A stretch of DNA of 64,000 nt, from assembly GCA_045645985.1 (NCBI GenBank), contig JAZRJV010000037.1:11395-75394 (forward strand), in the 5' to 3' direction. Under the pieces are notes generated by a model. That model made no database searches and had not been told where the DNA came from. It was given only the letters and a program-made list of their open reading frames with translations. Positions 44,730-54,079 of this stretch are shown here, in pieces. Each line of letters begins with the position of its first letter. Position 1 is the stretch's first letter. This stretch comes from Treponemataceae bacterium (lineage in GTDB: Bacteria > Spirochaetota > Spirochaetia > Treponematales > Treponemataceae). The translations under genes and the position numbers were made by a program.

Positions 44730-45170
44730 CTAAATTCTATACTCGATATATCGGACTTTTCCGTTTTCGATTGCTTTTTTTATTTCTTTTTCGCGATTTG
44801 TCAAAACGCTTTTTCCAGATTTAACTTCGATAAACAAAATTTCTTTTATTGAGCGTTCTTCCAAAGGCAATTCTTCATCTTTTTTTGAAGTTACAAAACC
44901 GATAAAATCAACTGGCTTTCCTAAAAATTTTACATCTTCAGGATTGCAAGGAAAATTTGGAAGATAAGGCGCAACTTGTTCTAAAATTTGTCCAGTTAAA
45001 ACTGCACGAGAACGATTCACCGCATCTTTTCGCAATTTTCTGTTTTTATTTAAATTCACCAAAGAAACAATCAAAAATCCGATTAAAAATCCTGATAAAA
45101 ATATCAAAACAAAGAGAAAAATCTGAATAACAGATTCTGAATTTAAAATCTTCAATAAATATTCTTTCAT
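44730..45170 (-). CDS. membrane-anchored Holliday-junction-resolvase-like (PD-(D/E)xK) endonuclease-family protein
   Basis: 146 aa. N-terminal TM (IQIFLFVLIFLSGFLIGFLIVSLV). C-terminal SRAVLTGQILEQVAPYLPNFPCNPEDVKFLGKPVDFIGF...ILFIEVKSGKSVLTNREKEIKKAIENGKV matches my memory of the Endonuc_Holl-type family, with a PVD...EVK nuclease-like motif. Confidence 0.55.
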   Translation of the reverse strand: MKEYLLKILNSESVIQIFLFVLIFLSGFLIGFLIVSLVNLNKNRKLRKDAVNRSRAVLTGQILEQVAPYLPNFPCNPEDVKFLGKPVDFIGFVTSKKDEELPLEERSIKEILFIEVKSGKSVLTNREKEIKKAIENGKVRYIEYRI

Positions 45171-45201
45171 AAAAACCGTACTCTATGTAACAAAAACCAC
45201 T

Positions 45202-45229
45202 TTGAAAAGTTTATATTTTGGATTATAAT
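45202..45229 (+). promoter_or_regulatory. candidate sigma70-like promoter for the OmpA-family gene
   Basis: TTGAAA (45202-45207), 16 nt, TATAAT (45224-45229). Confidence 0.4.
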
Positions 45230-45300
45230 TTTTATTATGTGAAAAGTGAAGTACTTAACTTGCACAAACTTTTATTATTTTTTATGGACGGATTGATAAA

Positions 45301-46524
45301 ATGAAAAAACTTATTTCAATTATTTTTACTTTTCTTTTGATTTTTACAACTTTACATGCCGAAAAATTTGAATTCAAATACAACAAAGGCGATACTTACA
45401 GAATTTTATCAACTGTACACGAAGATGTTTTTGTAAACGGAATATTGAATCATCAAGCGGAAATTGTAAATCGTATTTCAGTTGAAGTTACCGATGTTAC
45501 AGAAGACGGAAGTGGAATCCATCAAGCAAACTTTATGACAAGCGAAAATTCAGTTGGTCGCAACAAGGTAAGCACTTGGGGACAAGAATACAATAGCATT
45601 TTTACAAGAAGCAAAAACGGAACTTACGATATTGCAGACGAATTTTTTATGCCAGTTGTTCGTGATGTTCCAGCTTTTCCAGATAGAGATTTAAAACCAG
45701 GTGATTCTTGGCAAGCAGAAGGACACGAAGCTCACGATTTACGACAAACTTTCAATATCAACACACCTTATAAAGTTCCTTTTACAGCATATTACACATA
45801 TCAAGGTGAAACTGAAAAAGACGGTCAAAAACTTCATATTATAAAAGCAACTTACAATTTATATTTTACAAGTCCAACAATGGATTCTTTTACAACTAAC
45901 TCACAAAACGGATATTTTGATTATCCAATTTCTACAATGGGATATTCTGACCAAACAATTTATTTTGACAACGAAAGAGGAACAATTCAATCTTACACAG
46001 AAAAATTTAGAATCCAACTAGAAACTGTTTACGGAAATACTTTTGTTTTTCAAGGAACAGCGGGAGCCGAAGTTAGCGATATACAACGAGTAAACACAGT
46101 TGCCACAATCGAAAAAGTTCAAAAAGAACTTGAAGATTTAGGAATCCAAAACACAGAAGTTGTTTCTGACGAAAAAGGTATTACAATCAGTATTGAAAAT
46201 ATCCAATTCAAAGCCGATTCTGCGATTTTGCAAAATTCAGAAAAAGAAAAACTTAAAAAGATTGCACAAATTCTTTCAGCCTTCCCAGATAACGACTTGT
46301 TAATTTCTGGGCACACAGCTTTGGCAGGAAATGCACAATCTCGACAAAAACTTTCCGAAGAAAGAGCAAATTCTGTTGCAGAATTTTTAATCGAGCTAGG
46401 TGTAAAAGATGCTCATCATATTTTTACCCAAGGATTTGGAGCCACAAAACCAATAGCACCAAACACAAACACAGCGGGAATGGCAAGAAATCGTCGCGTA
46501 GAAATTACCATTATGGAAAAATAA
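45301..46524 (+). CDS. OmpA-family protein (unknown N-terminal domain plus C-terminal OmpA-like peptidoglycan-binding domain)
   Basis: 407 aa with signal peptide. C-terminus: FKADSAIL...LLISGHTALAGNAQSRQKLSEERANSVAEFL...GFGATKPIAPNTNTAGMARNRRVEITI. Confidence 0.85.
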   Translation: MKKLISIIFTFLLIFTTLHAEKFEFKYNKGDTYRILSTVHEDVFVNGILNHQAEIVNRISVEVTDVTEDGSGIHQANFMTSENSVGRNKVSTWGQEYNSIFTRSKNGTYDIADEFFMPVVRDVPAFPDRDLKPGDSWQAEGHEAHDLRQTFNINTPYKVPFTAYYTYQGETEKDGQKLHIIKATYNLYFTSPTMDSFTTNSQNGYFDYPISTMGYSDQTIYFDNERGTIQSYTEKFRIQLETVYGNTFVFQGTAGAEVSDIQRVNTVATIEKVQKELEDLGIQNTEVVSDEKGITISIENIQFKADSAILQNSEKEKLKKIAQILSAFPDNDLLISGHTALAGNAQSRQKLSEERANSVAEFLIELGVKDAHHIFTQGFGATKPIAPNTNTAGMARNRRVEITIMEK

Positions 46525-46619
46525 TTTTTCGTATCGAAAGGCACGATTTTAATAAAATTTTTTCTAAAAAAAAATTTTAAAATTATCAAATTTCTCAGTT
46601 TTTTTCACATAATAAAGGT

Positions 46620-48272
46620 ATGCAAGAAAATTATGTTTTAGTCGAAAATCAGCAATTTTTTGATGTACCAGAAGATGATGATGGAATTCCGAAGTTTTAC
46701 AATCAAAATCCAGTTTTTCAAGAAGATTTAGAAATTGATGAAGTTCAGCAAGTCGCGTTAAATTCCTTCGGGATAAAATATTTGTATCCTTGGCAACGAA
46801 TTGTAATTGCAAATATTTTGGATGCAGTAAAATCTCAAGAACTTACATCTTTTTATCAAAAACAAGTTGAAAATGGCGAACTTTCAAAAGAAGAATTAAA
46901 CGAAATCGTTTACGACCAAGACGGTAATGAACGAGGAAAACAAATCGTTCTGCTTCCAACTGGGGCAGGAAAATCACTTTGCTTTTTAGTTCCTTCACTT
47001 TTGATTGATGGCCCAACTTTGATTTTGTATCCACTTTTGGCTTTAATGAGCGACCAGCAACGCCGAATGGAAGAAGGCAACATGGAAATAGTAGTTTTCA
47101 AAGGGCAACAATCACAAGAAGTTAGAAAGCAAAATTTTGAAAAACTAAAAAACGGTGCAAAAGTGATTTTAGCAAATCCAGAAGTTTTGCAATCCGAAAA
47201 TTTGCTTGAAGAAATTGCTAAATTCAACATAAAACACATCGCCATAGACGAAGCCCACTGTGTTTCAGAATGGGGCGACACTTTTAGACCAGCCTACACA
47301 ACCGTTGGAAATATTATCAAAAAATTAGGAAATCCTGTAGTAACTGCTTTTACCGCAACTGCTTCCCCGATGGTTTTAGAAAGAATCAGCCAAATTATGT
47401 TTGACGGGAAAGCACACATTCTCCGTAGCGAATCTGATAGACCAAACATCATTTATCATGTGGTAAAAACTGCAACAAAAGAAAAAACGGCTTTAGAATA
47501 CGCCGAAAAATCGGAAAAGCCTTTGATTGTATTTTGCTCCACAAGAAAACGAGCGGAAAATCTTTCAAAAACTTTTGCTGAATATTTTGGCCACGACAAA
47601 GTAAAATTTTATCACGCAGGATTGGAAAAATCAGAAAAAGATAAAATTGAAAAATGGTTCTTCCCTAAAGATGATGCGATTTTATGCTCAACATGCGCTT
47701 TTGGAATGGGCGTTGACAAAAAAAACATTCGTACAGTAATTCACCTTGACCCGCCTCCAACTGCGGAAAGTTACATCCAAGAAGCAGGTCGTGGAGGTCG
47801 TGACGGAAAAATCTCAAATGCAATTCTTCTTTGGAGTTACGAAAATAAAACTTCAGCATTAAAATTTCCAGAAAATTCCAGAGAACGAGTTTTATATAAA
47901 TTTGCAGAATCAAAAAGTTGCAGAAGGCAAATTTTGCTTGATGCCCTAGGTGGAGAACAAGCTGTTTGTTCAGGTTGCGATAATTGTTTTGGAACATCAG
48001 TTCATTATGCACAAGATGAAAAAAATGCGCTAAAATTTATAAAACGATTTAACAAAAATTTTACGATTGAAGAAATGGAGCAAAAACTTCAAGATGTTTT
48101 TAATAAGAAAAACTCAGAAAATAAAAAACTTCGATATTGGGAAATTTATGATGTTAGACAAATAATGAAATCACTTTTTGAACAAGGAAAAATTAAAGTT
48201 TGTAAATTTCCTTGGAAGAAAAAAATTAAAATCCTATCAAAAAGGGAAACTGACAAAAAGAAGCAAACTTAA
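46620..48272 (+). CDS. recQ: RecQ-family ATP-dependent DNA helicase (no HRDC domain evident)
   Basis: 550 aa. LLPTGAGKSLCF, IAIDEAHCVSEWGDTFRPAY, FTATAS, QEAGRGGRDG, Zn-binding CRRQILLDALGG...CSGCDNC. Confidence 0.88.
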   Translation: MQENYVLVENQQFFDVPEDDDGIPKFYNQNPVFQEDLEIDEVQQVALNSFGIKYLYPWQRIVIANILDAVKSQELTSFYQKQVENGELSKEELNEIVYDQDGNERGKQIVLLPTGAGKSLCFLVPSLLIDGPTLILYPLLALMSDQQRRMEEGNMEIVVFKGQQSQEVRKQNFEKLKNGAKVILANPEVLQSENLLEEIAKFNIKHIAIDEAHCVSEWGDTFRPAYTTVGNIIKKLGNPVVTAFTATASPMVLERISQIMFDGKAHILRSESDRPNIIYHVVKTATKEKTALEYAEKSEKPLIVFCSTRKRAENLSKTFAEYFGHDKVKFYHAGLEKSEKDKIEKWFFPKDDAILCSTCAFGMGVDKKNIRTVIHLDPPPTAESYIQEAGRGGRDGKISNAILLWSYENKTSALKFPENSRERVLYKFAESKSCRRQILLDALGGEQAVCSGCDNCFGTSVHYAQDEKNALKFIKRFNKNFTIEEMEQKLQDVFNKKNSENKKLRYWEIYDVRQIMKSLFEQGKIKVCKFPWKKKIKILSKRETDKKKQT

Positions 48273-48275
48273 AAA

Positions 48276-48491
48276 CTAAATTTCTGGCGCTTCTTCGTTT
48301 GGGTCAACATCTTTTTTAGGAGCAGGAGTGTCGATAGTAATTCGCTTTTTCTTTGGTGCTGGTGGCTTTTTTCTATAGCGACTAACAAAAATAACAAAAT
48401 TCAAATACAAGATAACTAAAATAAAAATTGTAACGACACGAGAATCTTGTAAAACAGAAAGAAAAACATCTAAAACTTTTGAATAGTCCAT
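48276..48491 (-). CDS. small single-pass membrane protein with Pro/Lys-rich tail
   Basis: 71 aa. One TM (VVTIFILVILYLNFVIFV), then RKKPPAPKKKRITIDTPAPKK. Confidence 0.4.
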   Translation of the reverse strand: MDYSKVLDVFLSVLQDSRVVTIFILVILYLNFVIFVSRYRKKPPAPKKKRITIDTPAPKKDVDPNEEAPEI

Positions 48492-48586
48492 ATTTCATTT
48501 ATCGGAAAAAAAACTTTTGTCTTTATACAAAAGTAATTTGCTTTTTCATATTGACCTTTCAATGCGGTAAATTGTAACATAAGAGC

Positions 48587-49222
48587 ATGATTGGAATTGT
48601 TGATTATAATGCAGGAAATATAAAAAGCGTAGAAAGAGCCTTATCATTTTTGAATTGCGAATATGTAATTTCTAAAAATCCAAGTGATTTGAAAAATGCT
48701 GAAAAACTTATTTTTCCCGGAGTTGGAGAAGCAAAATACGCTATGGAACAACTTAAAAAAACTGGATTTGATGTTTTTTTAAAAGATTTTGCAGATTCAG
48801 GAAAGTTACTTTTGGGGATTTGTCTTGGTTCTCAAATTATTTTTGATTATTCAGAAGAAGGAAATGTAGATTGTCTTGGTTTGATAAAAGGAAAAATCAA
48901 ACATTTTGAAAGTGTGATGGACAAAAATCTTGTAAACGAAAACGGATTAAAATACAAAATTCCTCACATGGGATGGAATAATCTAGATTTCTTAAAACCT
49001 GAAGATAAGATTTTTAACAGAATCGACAAAAACGCATCATTTTATTTTGTTCATTCTTATCTTATTCAACCTGAAGATTCAAATGTAATTCTTGCAACTG
49101 CAGATTATGGCGTAAAAGTTCCATCTGCAATTAAAAGCAATAATATTTACGCATTTCAATTTCATCCAGAAAAATCTGGGGAATGGGGATTAAAACTTTT
49201 GCAAAATTTTATCAATTTGTAA
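48587..49222 (+). CDS. hisH: imidazole glycerol phosphate synthase, glutamine amidotransferase subunit
   Basis: 211 aa. GICLGSQ (nucleophile Cys), IPHMGWN, FQFHPEKS. Confidence 0.88.
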   Translation: MIGIVDYNAGNIKSVERALSFLNCEYVISKNPSDLKNAEKLIFPGVGEAKYAMEQLKKTGFDVFLKDFADSGKLLLGICLGSQIIFDYSEEGNVDCLGLIKGKIKHFESVMDKNLVNENGLKYKIPHMGWNNLDFLKPEDKIFNRIDKNASFYFVHSYLIQPEDSNVILATADYGVKVPSAIKSNNIYAFQFHPEKSGEWGLKLLQNFINL

Positions 49223-49246
49223 AATCTGTAAAAAAAGGAAAGATTT

Positions 49247-50011
49247 ATGCTAAAAAAACGAATTATTGTTTGCCTTGATGTAAAAGACGGAAGAACTACA
49301 AAAGGCGTTAAATTTTTGAACAATGTTGATATTGGCGACCCAGTTGAAATGGCAAAAGAATACTACAATCAAGGTGTTGATGAATTAGTTTTTTACGATA
49401 TTATGGCTTCGGCAAGTGGACGAGGTCCGATTTTGGATTTGATTTCAAAAGTTGCAAGTCAAGTTTTTATTCCATTTTGCGTTGGTGGCGGAATTGGCTC
49501 TATCGAAGATATTCGTTCTACAATTTTAGCAGGAGCTGAAAAAATCAGTTTGAATTCTCAAGCAGTAAAAAATCCAAGTGTTATTTCTGAAGGCGCTAGA
49601 ATTTTTGGAAATCAATGTATCGTTTTGGGAATGGATGCAAAACGGGATTCTGCAATGCCATCTGGTTACAGAGTTTTTATCAACGGAGGACGAGTTGCCA
49701 CAGAACTTGATGCTTTGGATTGGGCGATTCGTGCAGTAGAACTTGGTGCTGGAGAAATCGTCTTAAATTCTATCGATGCCGACGGAACAAAAGAAGGCTA
49801 CGAAATTCCACTTACAAAAATGATTGCAGACAAAGTAAATGTTCCAATTATCGCTTCTGGTGGAGCAGGAAAATCAGAACATTTAACACAAGTTTTAACA
49901 GAAGGCCACGCTGACGCAGCCTTAATTGCGTCTATGGTTCACTCTGGAGAATACACAATTTCTTCTATAAAAAATGATTTAGATAAAGCTGGTATTCCAG
50001 TTAGATTCTAA
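49247..50011 (+). CDS. hisF: imidazole glycerol phosphate synthase, cyclase subunit
   Basis: 254 aa. KRIIVCLDVKDGRTTKGVKF, VGGGI, SIDADGTKEGY, ASGGAG. Confidence 0.9.
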   Translation: MLKKRIIVCLDVKDGRTTKGVKFLNNVDIGDPVEMAKEYYNQGVDELVFYDIMASASGRGPILDLISKVASQVFIPFCVGGGIGSIEDIRSTILAGAEKISLNSQAVKNPSVISEGARIFGNQCIVLGMDAKRDSAMPSGYRVFINGGRVATELDALDWAIRAVELGAGEIVLNSIDADGTKEGYEIPLTKMIADKVNVPIIASGGAGKSEHLTQVLTEGHADAALIASMVHSGEYTISSIKNDLDKAGIPVRF

Positions 50012-50016
50012 AAATA

Positions 50017-50415
50017 TCAATTTTGATAATATCTTGCTCTGCTTGTAGGTGTTTCAAAAACATCTACAGCAAAAAGATATTCCGCATGAGTCTTCCAACC
50101 AGAAAGTGATAAATCTTCTTTTACTTTATCAAAAATAAATTTTGCAATTCGCTCTGCACTTGGATTTTGATTAAAAACAGATTTTCCGTTTTCTTGTAAA
50201 TCGTTAAGATTTGTGTGGTCTAAAATTTTACAAACATTTCGCAAGCTATTTTTTAGAATGCCAAAATCTAAAAGCATTCCACCGGCATCCAACTCGTTGC
50301 CTTTTGCGTGAGCGTAAACTTTGTAATTGTGTCCGTGTAAATTTTCGCACTTTCCATGATAATCTTGTAAAAAATGTGCCGCAGCAAAATCTGCTTCAAC
50401 TCTAACTTCAAACAT
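50017..50415 (-). CDS. queD: 6-carboxy-5,6,7,8-tetrahydropterin synthase
   Basis: 132 aa. FAAAHFL...GKCENLHGHNYKV. PTPS/QueD family. Confidence 0.85.
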   Translation of the reverse strand: MFEVRVEADFAAAHFLQDYHGKCENLHGHNYKVYAHAKGNELDAGGMLLDFGILKNSLRNVCKILDHTNLNDLQENGKSVFNQNPSAERIAKFIFDKVKEDLSLSGWKTHAEYLFAVDVFETPTSRARYYQN

Positions 50416-50442
50416 AAAAATTTACTACCTAAATTAAAGATT

Positions 50443-51969
50443 TTAGTTGATATTAAACAATTCAAATTGCAATTCAGCCCAAGTATTAATTACACCATCA
50501 TCAGTTTTATTTGCTGCTTCAATATTACCGTAACCCAAAACGCCAGGACTTTCGGCTTCTTCAGCTGTGTAAAAACCATGATGAAGATAATTATTTCTAT
50601 TGGAAAAGAAAATTGATATTCCATAAGGGATATTTTCTTCAAATACAAAATTTTCTTTTAAATTCTCGCTGTCTATATACGATTTTCCGTATTCGCCACC
50701 AAGCCAAGTTTTCAAAATCATTTTTTCCAAAATAACTTGAGTTTGCCAAGCGGCACTTTCTGTAGAAACTGAAAAGTTCACACCATTATCATTTTTTAAT
50801 GTAGGATTTTCGTTTGCAAAACAATGCAACAAAGAACCTAATTCGTAATATGGATATTTTAAAAGATTAGATGATATGCCTTCACTTGAATCATCTTTAG
50901 AATGCATAAAAATTGAATTAGCTCTTACTTTTTCAATTTTTTCCCTAAAAGATGTTTTATCAGCTAAAAAATCCTGACCTAAAGAATAACTAAGATTGTC
51001 AATTTCTTTTTTTAAATCACTAACATACTGTAAATCAACTGCTGTCATTGTATTAGTTGGATAACTTGAACTATATGCTTTTTTATATCCATCAACAACA
51101 TTGATAGCAAATTTTTCGCCAGATTCGTTGGAATTTAATTGACTAAAAATATATTCGTAATTCCAACCACCAGTTTCTATAGCAGGAGAAAAAGCCATAT
51201 ATTTTACGGTATTTCTAAATTGATATGCAACTTCGTACATTCCCATAAAACAGGCATCCATTCCTAAAAATTCAAGAGACTCATCTGGAGAATATAATTC
51301 ATCTAAAAGTTTGCTAATTTCACCAATGTACAAAGTATTATCTAAACTCTCGGAAGTTGCACCAGATTCAATGTCCGTACAAATATTTTTTTTCGGATCA
51401 TAATCACTATAAACGCCACCACCATGATTCCACAAAATAAGAGCATGCTTTCGATATTCAGAGTAATTTTCCCTCGCCCAAAGAATAAAATTTTCTAGAG
51501 TATTGATATTTCCCATATCTTCTTCCTGGGTAGAAGATTTACGCCAATCGCCAAGAGAATTTGAAGCAGTTTCGATAACTTTTGAATGAATTTTTGTTGA
51601 ATTTAAATCGGTATTGTAAGGCTGAATTTCATAAAGCCTAGAGCCAGTCCAACTTTCACTTCCAACTGGAGTATCTTTATCAACTAGAGCAACAACTTTT
51701 AATTTTGACATTCCATTTTCTTTAGCAAGAAATAAGCCTTTTTCCATAGAATTTATATCTAACAAAACTTCATTTCTTAAAGAATTTGCACCTGCAACAT
51801 AAACCATAACAAGCATATTGTCATCTAGGTAATCTTGTGCAAATTTAGAAAAAGAACCTAAGTTATTGCAAGAAGAAAAAAATACCACACTTAAAAGTAT
51901 AGAAACACTACACAAAAATGAGAAAAATTTTGTTTTCTTTAATCTAAAATAAACCTGAAATAACTCCAT
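50443..51969 (-). CDS. clostripain-family (peptidase C11) cysteine protease, probable lipoprotein
   Basis: ALILWNHGGG (catalytic His region) and LGMDACFMG (catalytic Cys). KKTKFFSFLCSVSILLSVVFFSSC lipobox-like signal. Start uncertain (ATGs at 51981, 51975, 51969); all overlap the fhs 3' end. Confidence 0.8.
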   Translation of the reverse strand: MELFQVYFRLKKTKFFSFLCSVSILLSVVFFSSCNNLGSFSKFAQDYLDDNMLVMVYVAGANSLRNEVLLDINSMEKGLFLAKENGMSKLKVVALVDKDTPVGSESWTGSRLYEIQPYNTDLNSTKIHSKVIETASNSLGDWRKSSTQEEDMGNINTLENFILWARENYSEYRKHALILWNHGGGVYSDYDPKKNICTDIESGATSESLDNTLYIGEISKLLDELYSPDESLEFLGMDACFMGMYEVAYQFRNTVKYMAFSPAIETGGWNYEYIFSQLNSNESGEKFAINVVDGYKKAYSSSYPTNTMTAVDLQYVSDLKKEIDNLSYSLGQDFLADKTSFREKIEKVRANSIFMHSKDDSSEGISSNLLKYPYYELGSLLHCFANENPTLKNDNGVNFSVSTESAAWQTQVILEKMILKTWLGGEYGKSYIDSENLKENFVFEENIPYGISIFFSNRNNYLHHGFYTAEEAESPGVLGYGNIEAANKTDDGVINTWAELQFELFNIN

Positions 51970-53617
51970 TATCATCCACATCAATATTACAAGCAGCAGG
52001 AACTTTTGGAAGCCCAGGCATTGTCATAATATCACCTGAAAGAGCAACCACAAAACCTGCCCCAGCATAAAGTTGAACATCACGAACAGGGAAAGCATAA
52101 TCACTTGGAGCACCAACTAAAGTTTTATCGTGAGAAATTGAATTTTGAGTTTTTGCCATACAAATTGGAAGATTTCCGTAACCAGCTTCTGTAAATGAAG
52201 CAAGTTTTTTCAAAGCTGTACTTGAAAACTCAACATGACTTGCCCGATATATTTTTGTAGCAAGAGTTTCGATTTTTTCTTTTAGAGGCATTTCAAGTGA
52301 ATACAAAAATTTGAAGTTAGATTTTTCGTTTTCAACGATATTTACAACTTCTTTTGCAAGACTTTCAGCCCCAAGTCCGCCTTTTTCCCAACCTTCTGTA
52401 ATGCAAACTTTTGAGCCAAGTTCGTTACACATATCAACAAGAAGTGAAGTTTCTTCATCTGTGTCTGTGATGAATTTATTTACAGCCACAACAACTGGAA
52501 CTCCAAAGTTTTTCATATTCTGGATATGAACTTTTAAGTTTTCAAAACCTTTTTTCAAAGCATCAATGTTAGGATTTGCTAAATCTGTTTTTTTAACGCC
52601 ACCGTGCATTTTTAAAGCACGAATTGTAGCAACAATTACAACACAAGATGGTTCAATTCCTGATAAACGACATTTTATATCCATGAATTTTTCTGCACCT
52701 AAATCTGCGGCAAATCCTGCTTCTGTAACGACAAAATCCGCCAAAGATTTTGCACAGAAAGTTGCATTGATACTGTTACATCCGTGAGCAATATTTGCAA
52801 ATGGTCCACCATGAACAAAGGCTGGTGTTTTTTCCAAAGTTTGAACAAGATTTGGTCGAATTGCGTCTTTTAACAAGGCTGCAACTGCCCCAGTACAATT
52901 CAATTCTGAAAATTTTACCATTCGCTTGTCGGAAGTATATCCGATAACGATATTATCAATTCTTTCTTTTAAATCTGTTATTGTTTTTGAAAGACAGATG
53001 ATTGCCATAATTTCACTGGCAACTGCGATTGAAAATTGCTGTTCACGAGGAACGCCTTCTACACTTCCCCCAAGTCCGATAATTGTGTTTCGTAAAACTC
53101 TATCGTTTAGGTCAACACAGCGTTTCCAGCTTACAGTTCGTGGGTCAATGTTAAGAGGATTTCCCTGATGAATTGAGTTATCAATTAATGATGCAATCAA
53201 GTTTGTTGCAATAGAAATAGCGTGAATATCACCTGTAAAATGAAGATTGATATCTTCCATAGGAACGATTTGAGCATATCCACCACCACAAGCGCCACCT
53301 TTTACACCAAAACATGGACCAAGAGATGGTTCGCGCAAAGCGATAATTGCTTTTTTTCCGATACGATTCAATCCGTCAGCCAATCCGATAGAAACAGTTG
53401 ATTTTCCTTCCCCAGCCGGAGTTGGAGTAATTGCTGTTACAAGAACAACTTTTCCACCGTCTTTTTTTTGCTGAAGTTCTTTTAATTTTGAAAAACTGAT
53501 TTTTGCCTTGTAATCTCCGTACAATTCTAAATCATCTGAATTTAAACCGATTTTTTGAGCAACATCGGCAATTTTATCCATTTTATTTTTTTGTGCAATT
53601 TCAATATCTGTCAACAT
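51944..53617 (-). CDS. fhs: formate--tetrahydrofolate ligase
   Basis: 557 aa. TPTPAGEGKSTVSIGL, VHGGPFANIAHG. Full-length FTHFS. Confidence 0.95.
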   Translation of the reverse strand: MLTDIEIAQKNKMDKIADVAQKIGLNSDDLELYGDYKAKISFSKLKELQQKKDGGKVVLVTAITPTPAGEGKSTVSIGLADGLNRIGKKAIIALREPSLGPCFGVKGGACGGGYAQIVPMEDINLHFTGDIHAISIATNLIASLIDNSIHQGNPLNIDPRTVSWKRCVDLNDRVLRNTIIGLGGSVEGVPREQQFSIAVASEIMAIICLSKTITDLKERIDNIVIGYTSDKRMVKFSELNCTGAVAALLKDAIRPNLVQTLEKTPAFVHGGPFANIAHGCNSINATFCAKSLADFVVTEAGFAADLGAEKFMDIKCRLSGIEPSCVVIVATIRALKMHGGVKKTDLANPNIDALKKGFENLKVHIQNMKNFGVPVVVAVNKFITDTDEETSLLVDMCNELGSKVCITEGWEKGGLGAESLAKEVVNIVENEKSNFKFLYSLEMPLKEKIETLATKIYRASHVEFSSTALKKLASFTEAGYGNLPICMAKTQNSISHDKTLVGAPSDYAFPVRDVQLYAGAGFVVALSGDIMTMPGLPKVPAACNIDVDDNGVISGLF

Positions 53618-54079
53618 ACTATAATTTTATCACAGGTTAAGCAAAACATCTAGATAAAATTTATACTAATTTTCGTAAAAGAAAGTAAGATTAGTTTTGT
53701 AGGTAAAAATTCATACCAAAAACACATAAAATTTTTACTAGCAAATATTTTTAAAAAATGCTCTCAGCCAAAAATGCTCCACGACCTGCTAGTTCCTCGC
53801 TGTGCTCGTCAATGCAGGTGTGTTTCATTTTTTACTTACGCATTTTTTTACATATTTTCAATTTAAATTATTTTGTGTTTTTGCATTTGATTTTTTAATA
53901 ACACAATTTTTACTTTCTGTTGGGAATTTAGTTTGTGTAAATTTTTTCTAGCGTTTTTATGAGGAAGGGAAAGGAAAGTATTTTTGTAAAATTCCCCCGT
54001 TCTATTTGACCTACTTTACTATTTCTGTAAAACTTGCTAGACTTGTTCATTGAAACTTTTTTAAATCAAGGAAAATTTT

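Noticed and set aside
44436-44852. 138-aa ORF overlapping azlD and the downstream nuclease-like gene.
   Set aside because: It is out of frame with azlD and antisense to the 44730..45170 gene. The azlD frame gives a typical hydrophobic AzlD protein with a coupled start.
48587-50011. hisH-hisF standing alone without other his genes, as a possible non-histidine (e.g. sugar-modifying) IGP-synthase paralog pair.
   Set aside because: The sequences look like ordinary HisH/HisF, and the remaining his genes may be elsewhere in the genome. This cannot be evaluated from this window.
51944-51984. Overlap of 26-38 nt between the C11 protease start and the fhs 3' end, as a possible regulatory overlap.
   Set aside because: It most likely reflects uncertainty about the true protease start. 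Co-directional overlaps of this size are common and not informative on their own.
53758-53898. 46-codon ORF with a hydrophobic aromatic C-terminal half, as a possible type I toxin.
   Set aside because: There is no Shine-Dalgarno sequence upstream and no evidence for an antisense RNA promoter. The hydrophobic tail is simply the translation of T-rich DNA. It is kept only as a note inside the inverted-repeat-island finding.
53900-54079. Purine, PRPP or guanine-type riboswitch upstream of guaB.
   Set aside because: I could not find the conserved purine-riboswitch core (the UAUA...paired P2/P3 loops...CUAC-type junction) or ykkC-like GGGA/ACGR blocks by eye. An Infernal/Rfam scan would be needed for a definitive answer.
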